From: Camelus ferus
Taxonomy: Eukaryota
Direction of reading: 5' to 3'
Length of the DNA: 64,000 nucleotides
Assembly (NCBI RefSeq): GCF_009834535.1
Contig: NC_045698.1
Coordinates: forward strand, 1,366,001-1,430,000
The position numbers and the translations under genes are program-made. Positions 1 to 12,049 of this stretch are shown in pieces. Each line of letters opens with the position of its first letter. The first letter of the stretch is position 1. The notes below the pieces were generated by a model, which was not told where the DNA came from, did not search any database, and saw nothing but the letters and a program-made list of their open reading frames with translations.

Positions 1-1669
1 TCTCTCGAGGGCCGGCACTTTGGGGATGGGGACCCCGGGGCTGCCAGTGCCGGTGCCTGAGGGCCCTGACCCCCCACCTCCCACCCCCTGGGTGTCTGGA
101 CGATGGACCCAGAGGCCCAGAGCTGGGAACAGTCCCCGCATGCGTCCTCTGGGTGGAGAAAACGGAGTCTGGATGCCTGTGTCTTGTTTTCTTCTCGACT
201 GGAACTCACCATTGATGAGCTCACAGTGAGCAACCCTGAGCAACACAAGAAACCATTAGTAAAATAAATGTGTACTTAGGTATTAATGAAATGAATATTT
301 AGCAGGTTGTTTGGCATCTTTGTTATATCCTCAAATGTTTAAAAAACAATGAGGTTTATTAAAACTTTAGGCTATGACTCAGTGCAAGGGTTTTCACAAT
401 GAAGCTTTTTTCCTAAATTCAGAAAAGAAGAGATTTGTTTTCTAAAGAGGGTGGGTCAACCGACAGACCAGAGGCTGGAGACTGACGTCCTGGACGGGGA
501 GGGGTGGTGGTGGCAAGATCTGAAGAGTCCACTGTTCTGTGAAGCTTTGGTCCCTGGTGCAGAAAGCAATCCAGCTACTGTGAGCAAAGGATTCGGAGAG
601 AGAACCTGATCACTGGGTCAGAAACGAACCCAAGCCCAGAAAAAAAAGGGCAGAATCTACCCACCAGGGGCTGCTGCAAAGCCAGGCCCCAGAAGACCCC
701 ACCGCAACCCGGCAGGAGGGGCCCTGGGAGCTGCCTTTGCCTGAGCCCTGCACTGAGTGGTCACAGGTGAGCCCATCCACCTGCCTGTGACCCCTCTCTT
801 CTGCAACCACAGTTCCCTGCCCACGTCCCGGACAGCAGGGGAAAATGAGGTGCTCAGATGAGAGACTCCTGCAGCTCTGTGACGCAGGGGACCACGGTGG
901 GGCTCTCCTGCCCAGAGGGGGACGTTCACGCATGCTCCAGCTGCCTGGGGACCCCCCTCGACAGCCCCCTCTGAGAACCCAGGAGCCAGGTACTCAGGAC
1001 ACCCCGCTTCTTATATTTGACAACTGCTTCTCCTGGTCACGGAAAACAAGCTCCCGATGGCACACGTGGTTACGTATGGCTTATGTCACCCTATTGGACA
1101 GAAACACGTGCACACATGGGCACACACAGGCACACACACGCGCACGCAGGCACCCCTCGCGGAGTTCCTTATTCAAAAGTAAATTGTGCTTGCTGTTGTG
1201 TCTTTTCTTTTCTTCTTTTTCAAGTGAGGGGAAAGTCAGAAAGGCACCTCGTGCCTCCTACCGCCACGGTGGCCTCGGGGAAAGCCTTCTGCAGAAGTTT
1301 AAAATAGTGTCAATTTAAAAAGTTTGCGTTCTGTGGGCTCTGGGGAAAATCGCAGAGGCCACATGTGTCCTTAATGTTGGTGTGAAACCTTCAGACGAGA
1401 CTTTGGAAAAGCTTTCTGGAAACTGAGGAGACTCCCGTTTTCCTGTTTTTCTGTCTAAAAAAAACAAGAAAGAATCCAGGGAGCTGGGATGAAAAGTGGC
1501 ACTGACGCCCACCGCCTTCAGCACCCCCACTCACCTGGAGAGCTCCTCTACCCACAATGCACTAAGTGGATGATTAAAAAGAAATGGGGGTTTAACCGCG
1601 GGTAAGCGCGGGGTCCCCAGAGCTTTGCAGAGCACTGAACCGTGCGTCTACAGCTGTCTCCACACAAGC

Positions 1670-2230
1670 CCGACATTCTTTATTTATTTGTTATGAAATA
1701 TTTATGGGTGTTATGAAAGGTTTAAAATAATGTGTCTGTCGCTGTCTCCCCTCTGTCTTTCCCACTCGCCCGCGCACCGCTTCTAATGCATAAATCATCC
1801 GGGGCTCTGGACAGTGGGCTGCGCATTAGGTGGGCGTATGTGCTGTATCACATTTTTTCTGCCTGAGAGAAAATATCATTCTTAGTAATTTTCTACACTT
1901 ATACAATCGGCGTCGACAGTAAATAATTGATGTATGAATTTAGGACTAAACTCCAACACAATATGACTTTATGTCAAGGGTTACTCCCAGCAGATTTTGA
2001 GCTAAATCATCTTGCAAAATGGGTTCTTTCAGTGGGAGAAAAAAAGCTTTTTGAAATTATTTTAATGGAAAGCGGGACCTCCGTGCAGCTCTTCTTTTGA
2101 TGAGGTCTTGCTTTGCATGGCTGGTAATAAAGCTGAGCAACCCACCCGTTATGAGATTGGAAATGTTTCATTTGTGATCACAAATGGATTCTTTTAAGAC
2201 TGACATGGCTGTTTTGATTTGGCTCATCCT
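1670..2230. promoter_or_regulatory. Candidate conserved non-coding element / enhancer (AT-rich unique island)
   Basis: Non-repetitive AT-rich block in GC-rich surroundings, with PBX-HOX-type TGATTTAT on the minus strand (ATAAATCA, 1790-1797), TTTATGG, TAATTG and TGTCA motifs. Conservation not tested. Confidence 0.4.
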
Positions 2231-3353
2231 TTTTTCTTTTCCTTTTTCCCTCTCCTTTTTTGGCGGGGTTGGGGGTGTCTCTGTGTGTGTACATGCGTGT
2301 GGGTGTGACAGCGTGTGTGGGTGGGAGGCTGCCCTCTGCTTCTCATCCTAGTGTCTTCTCTGGAAAGTACAATTGTGATTTAAATTACAAGCTGGATATA
2401 TTTGCAACTTAAAGATGTCTAACTCGCAGAAAGCCTTCAGATAAAGGACCACACGTGCCCTCCCATTACTGCAATTAAAACTCTTTTCATCCTGAAAAGA
2501 GAACGTTTCCTGCAGACCAGGAGAGGGAGAGGGGGCTTTGGAGGAGAAACCTTTCATGGGATCTCAGAAGGGAAATGCTTTGTATCTTTACAGCTTCAGC
2601 TGATGCCCAGACAAGAAGATCAAAGAAAGTAAATCAGGCAAAAGGCCCGCAGTGAGCCTCTGCTTGTTGCACTGTGCTCTGGGCCAGTGGAGACTTGAAA
2701 CTGTCGGAAATCTTTCTTCATGTGACATCATTTTTATGGAAACTAAGATACAAGACTAGAGTTCAAAGTGAGGCCCTCTCATCTTTGAAAGAAAATAAAT
2801 ATTTTTTCTAGTACTCACGTTTGCATAAAATTTTATTTATTTGTTTTTAGACCCCTTGTTTCTTTTTTTAAAATATTCATATCTTTCTATACTAATTTAA
2901 TTACAGGTATCATATAAATTAGGAGAACTGGTGAAAACTTAAACTTCCTGAAGAAATCCCGTGACACCAGCAGCACCAGCGGTGAAAGTTAAGTTAACCG
3001 CCCCCGAGACCCTCTCCCAAGCCGCCCCCTGCTCTCCCTTCCGCAGTTTCTGCTCCATCCTCGCTCGGAGGACCACACGTCTCTACTTCATTCCATAGGT
3101 GGCACTCATGTCTCTGCGCACGACGTTCTGAAGAAATTCCAGGACAAAAACTGGTTCGTAAGAAAGTCCTCGCTCTCAGAGGAGCGTATTGATTTCTGGA
3201 AAGTAGAACAGATTGCTTTAAAAACACATTTCAGATAAGCCTTCTTAACTCGGTTTATTTAACTTCTACCTTTACTTACGGTGGTGGTGAGTGATTTGAA
3301 GATCGCCAACCAAGGGGTTTTACATGACAGAGTCTGGGCCAAACTCCTAGGTT

Positions 3354-3612
3354 CGTGTGTGCACTCACATGCGTGCACATGTTGGGTGTGTGCACGTGTG
3401 TGTGTGCATGCGTATCTGTGGTTTTCTCGGTGTTCAGGCAGAGACGGAGGCGTTCAGGGTACAGTTCTTCTTAGAGCAACCTGGCCAGAGCCACCAGGTG
3501 GGCATGGGTCCGGCCACAGGCACCCAGGCCTCCTCCTGTGTGTGTGCATATGCATGTGTGTGTCTGTGTGTACATGCACGTGTGCACAAAGTGCCACTTC
3601 TTGGCATGTGTG
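3354..3612 (+). repeat. Two degenerate (TG)n/(TGCA)n tracts (about 3354-3415 and 3537-3590)
   Basis: Directly visible alternating purine-pyrimidine runs. Confidence 0.85.
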
Positions 3613-4453
3613 CTAATGGGAGCTACTAGAGCTGGGGGGACGGGGAGGTCTGTCTGCACAAAGATGCTGACCGCTGTGATTCTGCAACGGTTTCCTCGTC
3701 AGGCTGGAAAACAGAATCTGAATCTCGGAGCTCGGTAACCCAAAGACCATCTTGTCCAAAGGCTTTGTTTTCTATACGAAGAAGCCGGTGGGTTCAGGCA
3801 GCTTGCCCCCAACCACAGTCTGGTGCCTGGAGCACACATGTGACGTCTTGGGTCCCCGACCCCAGGACGTTCCCTCCAGAGGTCAGGGGTCCTTCCCCAA
3901 GAGTGGAACTCAGGGACATCCTCCCGAGAGGCCCAGCTGTGGTGGGGTCGTGGGTCGGCCGTGCCCTGTTCTGCTGCCGGGACTCGTGCCCAGGCTGGAG
4001 TGCCCACCCCGGAGGTCCGGCTGTCCCTGAGGCTCCTTCCCGGGTGGGAAGGGGGGACCAAGACGCAGGGTTGCAGGGCCACACTGCTCACCTGCCACCG
4101 TCGCTGGAGGCGGTGGGTGGGGGAGGGTGGAGAGGGACGGCTTGCAGGCCTGCTGGACCCCCGGGCCGCCAGGGCTCCCGGCAGAAGGCGCTTCACAGTT
4201 GGGGGCCGAGCGTCCGCCTTCACGGCCTCTGCTGACGAGGCCAGGCATTTCACCAGGAGAAAGGCTGACTTGTGCTGAGTTTGGTGGCTTCAGATGCCCA
4301 TCCCGGAGCCTCGGCGCCATCCTCACTCTCTGAGATAGGCAGATGCTGTGTGCGGCGGGGAGGGAAGCGTACCCGCGTGGGGCCATCCCACCCTGATGGT
4401 GTCTGGTGGGTGACGTTAGGGAGCTCAGCAGGGCAGCCACCCCCACAAGCGTC

Positions 4454-4467
4454 CCAGCAGGTGGCAG
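4454..4467 (+). promoter_or_regulatory. Candidate CTCF core motif
   Basis: CCAGCAGGTGGCAG fits the CTCF core consensus CCRSYAGRKGGCRS at all 14 positions; binding not demonstrated. Confidence 0.35.
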
Positions 4468-5086
4468 GTGTGGCCGAGACCCCAGGGCTCTCTGGGTCCC
4501 AAGCCTGAGCCACCACGGGCCCCACACTGGACACTCGGGCTTGGCCTCATCGGGAGACCCTGGGGGCCTGGAGTGGAGAGGGGCCGCTGCCCTGGCCCTG
4601 CGTCCTGGCAGAAAGTGACAGCGTTGTCCTCCAGCAGGACGAGGTTGCACCCTCCCTCAGACCACCCTTGACCACATCGCCCCCACCATGGTCTCTGTCC
4701 AGGGTCCCCCTGACAGAAGTGGTCCTGGCCACTGACAAAGGCCGCCTGGTCTGCTGATGTCCGGGAGGTCACTCTGAGGTCGCTGCTTCTGCCTCCTGAC
4801 ACTGGGGCTTCTGGAAGCTCGGCCTTAATGAATGAGGTGCCCTGCACGGACTGAGGGCAGGGCAGCATCAGGCCTGTGTGTCCTTCACCCCCGAACCCCT
4901 GTGCTCCAGACCCGGAGTTCTGCTGCCCAGCTGGGGCGTCCGTCCTGCTGGGTCCCTCAGCCATCTTCCCAGACCACAGTCCCCCGCTGGGCTTGGTCCC
5001 CAGCTGTGTTTCCATCCCCGCACACCTGGGACGCAGGTAAAAGCCCCCGGCCCAAGTGGTGGTCTGCTGGTGTGACGGGGTACGTC

Positions 5087-5432
5087 TGTGTGTGTGTGTG
5101 TGTGTGTGCCTGTGAGTGTGTATCTGTAAGCATGTTTGTGTAAATTTTTTGTGTGCATGACGTACATGTGTACATGAGTGCATGTGCAGTGCGTGCATGT
5201 GTGTATGTGTGCATAGTGCACATGTATATGTGCATGCATATGTGTGCATGTATGTGTATTTGTGCACACAGGTACATGAATGTGTGCATATATGCACAGC
5301 TGTGTGTGTGCAGGTTTGTGTGTGCATGTGAGTGTGTATGTGCATATGTGTACATGTGTGAGTTTGCACTGTGTAAGTGAGTGTGTACATGTGGGTAAGT
5401 GTGCGTGTGTGTGTGTGTGTGTGTAACGTGCA
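5087..5432 (+). repeat. Long degenerate (TG)n/(TGCA)n/(TGTA)n microsatellite
   Basis: About 345 bp of alternating purine-pyrimidine sequence; explains the His/Thr- and Val/Cys-rich ORFs here. Confidence 0.95.
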
Positions 5433-6059
5433 CAGCTACAGGCGGGGGGCGGCCCCAGGGCAGAGGGGTCACGGTGGGGAAATCACTGGTCCTCTAGGCT
5501 CCGCCCCTTTCCCGCCTGTCCTCCTGGGCTGGGGGTATCCTGGGTCCACCCTGGACCAACACGGCCAGCACCATGTGCCCTGGACTCAGGGGAGCTCGGG
5601 TCCATCACTGTGATGAGGCTGTCTGTCTCTCGCACGATGCCGGTGTCCTGACTCTCTCTGTTGCTGGTCGTGGGTGCAGAAGCAGTGTGATGGGGCACAG
5701 GGTACATTCACATCTGGAGGCTGTTCTGTTTTCACAGAACACTGGGCTGGAGTCAGACAGGCCGGGGGCCAAGGCCCGCGGGGGCGCCCACCACCCGATA
5801 TTCTCAGTGAAGCTCCTGTGGTACCTGGGGTCAGCCCCCACCCCTCTGACCCTGCAGACAAGGCTGGGTCGGTATCTGCCCTGCTCCTGGTCCAGGCGTC
5901 CACACAGGCCTCACCCACCCAGAGATCCTCCCTGACCACCCTCTGCTTCCAAGCCCCATCCCTGTCTGTCCCACATTTTCTTGAAAGAAATCAGTACACA
6001 CTCATTTGTCTAATTTCTCCCTGACTGTCCCCCACCCAGGAGAACCCATGTCCAGCAAG

Positions 6060-6165
6060 GGCATCGTGGCCTCTTTGCTCCACTGTTCTTCCACATCGTC
6101 AGCCTGCGTCTGAGCCCAGTGGGGACCCAGTGCCCGTCCGCAATAATGAGCGAGTGGATGAAGGA
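6060..6165 (+). mobile_element. Decayed L2 3' end
   Basis: ...cccagtggggacccagtgcccgtccgcaataatgagcgagtggatgaa resembles the L2 terminus (cacagtaggtgctcaataaat...tgaatgaatgaa). Confidence 0.4.
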
Positions 6166-7886
6166 GCACAGGGACGGTGGGGGCGATTCCGAGAGCTTGT
6201 GCCCCGGGTGAGGACCGCCCGACCTCCGGGCTTGCTGACATCCAGGAAACGTCTCACACGGTGCCATCAGCGGTCTACCTGCGGGGTCAGGGATCTGCCG
6301 TGACATCTGGGCCACACTGTGAGACCCCAGAGGTGTCCTGACAGCTTGGGACTCAGGTGGGGAGCCGCCTGGTCACTGGCGGTGGAAGTCCCCCTCCCTG
6401 CATTGGGGACGCAGGCACGCCTTCCGAGATATCCCCAAGCCTGAGAAGCGGCCGGACCCCGGTCCTCGGCTCCTCGGGCAGGAAGGGAGGAAGGACGGGG
6501 TCTGATTCTTGGATCCCAGACCCACAGCGGCTTTGCTGAAAGCCCTTCCTCAGGGCCACGCCTGCACGGGCACACGGCCCCGGCGCAGCGCCAGCAGCCT
6601 GCAGGCGAGCGCTCTTTTGGGGGGTGGCCCCTCGCTGCTCTCTCTGCTCAGGGTCCGCGGGTGCGGGCCGGATGGAAGACCCCGCTTCCTAAGCAGGAGC
6701 AGGCGGTCCCGGGCTCGTGGGGGGCCCGGGCCTGGGTCCGCAGGGACTCGGAGGGTCACCTGTGAGTCACAGAAACCGGGCAGAAGCCGCGCAGCTGCCC
6801 CGCAGAGGTCTCGGCCAGGGGATCCCACGGAGCAGCGAGGGCCCCGAAGTCGCGGGGCCACTTCCAAAGTTTGTCTCGCTGCCTGTGGATGGGGGACTTC
6901 TAAGCAGAGCACTGGCCGGGTTATAGCCGAGGGAAAATGTGGGCAAGGGGTCTCCCAGGTTTGGAAGCCGTAAATGTAATCTCTGGCTCCCCAAGCTGGT
7001 GCGCTGGGGACCCTCAGCGACAGTCCGTGAGCAGCGTGGGAGGGGCTGCGGGCTTGGGGAGCCTCCCGGGGACCCCGGTTCTGGTTCTCCTGCACCACAC
7101 TTGGCCAATTAACAGACGCCGCTCCTGCACGCGGTGCCCGGGACGCTCAGGAGGCGGCCACTGGGAGCACAGGAGAGCAGTGCCAAGGCCACGCTGCTGT
7201 TTTTAATTCTTTGGAGAACCAATTCAAACAGAAGATGTAATTAAAAATTTGTAAATAGAAGCCCCGAAAGCACTCCCTTTGGCGCCTGTGTGCGTATCTT
7301 GGATATTTGCTTAACAAATCATCATGTAGCCGTTTTGTAGGTAAAACATCTTAACTCCTATGTGGTGGTGGCTCGTCAGCCTGTGAAACTGCCCACCATG
7401 TCCCTCCCTGGGTGGGACGCCTTGCCTGGGCCTCAGTCTTGAGAATTTACAGCATGAGGGGGTCTCCCAGCAGAGCAGTCCCGGCTCCCTGTCCCGCCTT
7501 CCTGGCTGTGGGGCCAGGGTCCTCCTGAGGGAACGTCACCTCCAGAGGCCTGCTTTAAGGGGGCTCCAGGGGCAGGGGCTCTGCACAGGCGGTGGTGGTC
7601 CTGGGGCTTGCAGAGTGAATCACTGACGCAAGAGAAAGTTCAGATTAGGCTTCTGGCGGTCAGGTCAGCGGCCCAAGGGGTGAGGACCCCCAGGCCACGT
7701 GGGGCCTGGGCCCTGGGCTTCGTGGGACTCTCTGCAGTGGTCACCTCGTCCAGACGCTGAGAGAGCAGCCACAAAGAGCTCATCCTTCTGCGCAAAGACT
7801 CACCGGCTCAGGGCCTCCCGAGCAGGGGCCCTTGTGTTGGTTCTTCAAGCTCAACGAGCAGGAAAGCATGGGGAGAAGTGGGAAAG

Positions 7887-8024
7887 GTGTGAGTGCATGT
7901 GAGTGTGTGTGAGTGGGTGAGCATGTGTGTGTGAATGTGTCTGTGTGAGTGTGTGGTCGTGCCTGTGTGCGTGCGAGTGTGCGTGTGAGTCTGTCTGTGT
8001 GGGAGTGTGCATGTGGTGTGTGTG
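7887..8024 (+). repeat. Degenerate (TG)n microsatellite
   Basis: Directly visible. Confidence 0.9.
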
Positions 8025-8739
8025 ACAGTTTACTAACGGCTTATGGTCTTGATCTGGCAGATTTTCTTTAGCTGACTTTTGAAATGGGGACTCGTGAGCA
8101 GAAAGGAACGCACCCTCCGGAGCCCCTGGCGGGACTGAGAGCTGGTCCCCTGTGCACTCGGCCGGGGGGCCCGGTCCCTCCTGCTCAGAACCACAGGCTT
8201 TCCCAGGGAGCCCAGACCAGGTCACCCCGAGGTTCAGCCTGGGCCCCAAGCTGCTCAGGCAGGTGTCGGGTCAGCCTGGAGTGTTCAATTCAGCGGAAGA
8301 GACAGTTGTCCAAAAGCAAAGCATCCAAAAGCAAAGCCACGGCTTCCCAGGTGCTGCCTGGGGCACGGCAGGGGCTTGGTGCAGCTGCCCCTCTTCCCCG
8401 AGGCTGGCTCTGAGTGGCTCTGATGCTGCCGAGAGCCTCCGGGACCTGGGAAGTGAGAAGGTGACCAATGGGTGAGGCTGCCCTTGGGAAGGCCGGCAGG
8501 CTGCGTGGTGACCCGCGAAGGGTCCCCTGCCCTGGGTTGGTGGGCAGCCGCGTCTGGCCACAGGGTCTGGGGCCGAGCTGCGGGTGGGTCCCTGGAGGCC
8601 ACCACGGCTCACCAAGAGACGGGCGCCCTTCCAGCCCCCCAGTGCACACATTGGGATCAGACCCTGACAACCACGTTTAGAAGAGGAACAGAGGTACAGA
8701 CGAAACAGAGGAAGCTCCAGTGCAGCCTCACTTGGACTC

Positions 8740-9290
8740 GTTGCCTAATACTTATTTCTAAATGAACACAACCTACTCCAGAGTCCTTTAATGTAATAAA
8801 AATATAGCTCAGGGTCAGGTATGAAATTAATGATACAAATTCAAAGCCGTGACGCTCAGTGGGATGAAACACTTCAATGAAGAAATAATCAAACCCTGTG
8901 ACCAGACCCGAGCGGAGGAGGAGAGGCGTGCGAACAGCCCCAACAGCAATCTGCTACGAAGGAACCATGGAAACATGTGTAAAATATTTATTTTTAATAA
9001 TATGAATGCCCTATTTCTTAAAACTAAAGTAAGATTAGACTCTTAAATTATTATCAAAGCTTTGCACTGATGCAAATGCCACTGCTTCGTGTGGCGGAAA
9101 CGCTGATTTTATTAACTTAATTTGTGCAGTTCAGTCTCTTCTCTGTTTTATTCTTTTTAAAGTTAAGTGAGTGGCAACGAGGCGGCTTTGGGGTTTCATT
9201 TATACGAAGTGAAATCTGTGGTATCAAATACCCAGCTCGGAAATTTGACAGATCTAATCACTGTGGGCCCGGAACAATTTCCCACATCTC
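8740..9290. promoter_or_regulatory. Candidate enhancer (AT-rich unique island)
   Basis: TCF/LEF-type ATCAAAG (9053-9059) next to a perfect octamer ATGCAAAT (9070-9077), and several TAAT cores; no repeat recognised. Confidence 0.35.
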
Positions 9291-9884
9291 AGGACTCTTG
9301 AAAGGACCCGCTAAGACCAATGGAGGCTTACAAAGTGCAAATGTGGGAGGACATGTTTCAGGACGCGGAAGGCACGAGTCCCGATGTCACGTGCAGGTGA
9401 CACACTCCAGGAAAATGAAACTGACCATGGCATCACCCCAGATATGACTCGTTTGCAGGCAAAGGCAGAGCAGCATCGTGACTGCAGCGTCCCATCCTGG
9501 GCGTGGGGCCGGCACGCAGCCCAGGCAGGGGGGGTCCCAGAGGCCGACAGTGCGTTCTCGTCACGCACGGCCCTGCAGGGACCCCTGGGGGCTCTGTCCC
9601 CTGGCCCAGGCAGAGGCTCCTGGGTCTGAGGATCTCTCAGGGAACAGTGACCCTGCAGTGGGACTGGGCCGTCAGACTCTGGCAGAGGTGGCATCCGGGG
9701 TGGCCTGCGATGTGTGAGTGCACATGCTTAAAGTCAGGTACTGCGGAGCAGTCTGCCACGGTGAAAGGTGTGGAAGATCCCAGACAGGCAGCACAGAGGA
9801 GGGCCGATTACCGTGTATTCACAAAACAGGTTTGTGCGAAGCCCCCTTAGAGACACAGTTTTGAGGATATTTAAACAAATGGCA

Positions 9885-10175
9885 ATAGTGGTAATTACGC
9901 GCTCAGTGAAGAAGGCAAGATGGAAACGACGTGTCTGTTCGCTGCAGGGAGGTACTTCCGCGTGCGCACAGAGTGTGAGTGAAAATCAGTGTATGTGTTT
10001 TATATGCTTGACTATAAATGTGAAAATACACAGGCACGTTCACACACCAAAATGCCTGGCAGGAAAGGTAAACATAGACGGTTCCCCTGTGATTTATTTT
10101 TATGTTTTCCTTTTTACCTTTTTTCTGTTGAAAACTTCTGCGGTGACTATAGATTCATTCCATAATTTGACAAAC
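9885..10175 (+). mobile_element. Ancient L1 (L1ME-like) 3' end fragment
   Basis: Motifs such as cagtgaagaaggcaagatggaaac, cacaccaaaatg and gtgatttattttt...ttccataat resemble L1ME 3' UTR ends. Confidence 0.5.
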
Positions 10176-10499
10176 GGTTTCTTCAAACAGATGTTATGAA
10201 AATGTGAAAACGCCCCGGCAGCAGAAGGAGGGAGCGGCACCGTGGCACCCTCCAGGGCTTCCGGTATTTCCATGTTTTGAAAATTCACAGATTTGATAGA
10301 TAAGAAATACTATTTCCTGATTGTTTGTATCAACTTACTTAAGACTCTTGAGATGCTGGCCGCTCGAGCAGACGCCTCTCTGAGCACTCTGTCCAGGCTC
10401 TGCAACGCCTGCGGAGGGCTCAGCATTTGTTCTCACGATTTACAAGGGGTTTAAAAAACCTCATCTGTTGCAATATTCTCTCAGTGCGTGAGGCACTTA

Positions 10500-10860
10500 G
10501 TTTTATATTTAAATGTGCAAATATGCTAATTGCACACGTGGTCAGAGGCATCAATGAGCATTTGCACATTTCTTCAGAAACTTACATGCTTGGAAAGTCC
10601 TTTTGCATCCAGAGACTAGTGACCCCACTTTTTCTGCGGCTCATGTGGCTGTGTTTTTTTGCGTTTAGCGTTTTCAACTCTCTTGTCTTCATTACGAACG
10701 TCCTGTTTGTTTGCAATACCTAATCATCATGTATTAAATGCTAATATTCATTTCCTGGTGGGTGTATCTCTTCTTTATTTGCATATTTTGGAATCAAAGC
10801 CAAACTTGAATAATACCAATAACCTTAAAATGTATTTAACAATCTTCCAGGTTAAATAAT
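10500..10860. promoter_or_regulatory. Candidate enhancer with cluster of octamer-like (POU) sites
   Basis: GTGCAAAT 10515, ATGCTAAT 10523, ATTTGCAC 10560, ATGCTAAT 10738, ATTTGCAT 10777. Confidence 0.35.
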
Positions 10861-11861
10861 CTTTCTTTACAAAACGGAGAGTAAGGGAGGGGAAGGGAGG
10901 GGCAGAAAAAGCTGTTTGCGGTTATTTTGTTATTTCAGATACGTTTTTAGAAACACGGTCACATTTGCCTCCAAAATTGTTCCCACAATTCCTTAAATTC
11001 AAACAACCTGCAAACTTTCAGTTTCTCCTTTGACCCAAACTCTCCTAAATCTTTCCATTTATAAAAGCACTTTTCCTCACACAATTTCTACGCGTTTCTT
11101 GATTTTTTGCTGCTGTTGCTGTGTGATAAGTTGAATGTCCTCCCGCCCCCCCCCCCCCCCCCGTCGCATGTTCTAAATGAACATTTCCGTTCAAAGTAAA
11201 GCCTGTGACCTGGGACCTTTGTGCACGTGAGTCTCCACCCGCTGTCCTGAAGGCGCTTACTCCGTTTTTTAGCGATTCTTTGGCAGAGTCAAGCAAACGA
11301 CCCAAACCACAAGACCAGCAAAGGATCCTTTTATTTCCTTCTTTGCCTCTGATTTCTGATTCACGGCCGTGCATCAGTCATGACATTTATTTAGCATCTT
11401 AAGTTTATAAACTTCACGTGTATCATCTGATTTAACTCTCAGATTCTCCCAAAAGAAACAAACACAAACCCACCCCAAGCGCAGGGCCAGCTGGTGGCAG
11501 AGGCAGAGCTCAGACTGAGACCGGGGGTCCCCGAGCCCAGGGGGAGCTGGGGCGCGGCTGCGCTGTGCTTCCTGCGGGCTTCGGTGGAGACACTCGGGAA
11601 CTGTTGCTGGCGATGGTGGCTGTTGGGTTGAAACAAATGTTCCCCATCAAGTACCACAGTGCTTTAAAACTGCTGATAAATACGAGTTGAATACTAGTAA
11701 GTAACAACATTAACATATTAGTATACATAATTAATGCACGGGGGTGTTAATGCGTTTGCCATTTGAACACCTATTGACATGATTATGTGGCTCCCAGATT
11801 CGTAACCTATCAATGTGATATCAAATGTTAATAGATACAGTATTCAATTAAGCCATCTTAC

Positions 11862-11997
11862 TTTTCTTTTTTGTTTTAATTTTAACTTTGTAGTTTTCCC
11901 TTCCAGCTTTACTGAGGCGTAATCGGCACACAGGACTGCATGTTTACGATGGACAGCATAACGATTTTATTTACATGTATTATGCAATGAGCCACCC
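11862..11997 (-). mobile_element. Short L1 3' end (L1MA/L1MB-like)
   Basis: T-rich tail followed by ccagctttactgaggcgtaat...gattttatttacatgtattatgcaatgagccacc, the reverse complement of a typical L1 3' terminus. Confidence 0.6.
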
Positions 11998-12049
11998 TTT
12001 CTTTGATGAATCCATCTTGACTTGGGTTGGCTTTGATTCATGAGTATTT

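Noticed and set aside
4425..5472. Long ORFs (321 aa, 171 aa and others) rich in His/Thr/Cys
   Set aside because: They are translations of the (TG)n/(CA)n microsatellite and show no protein-family signal.
11200..11225. DR1-like nuclear receptor element (TGACCT-G-GGACCT)
   Set aside because: A single imperfect motif, expected by chance in 64 kb.
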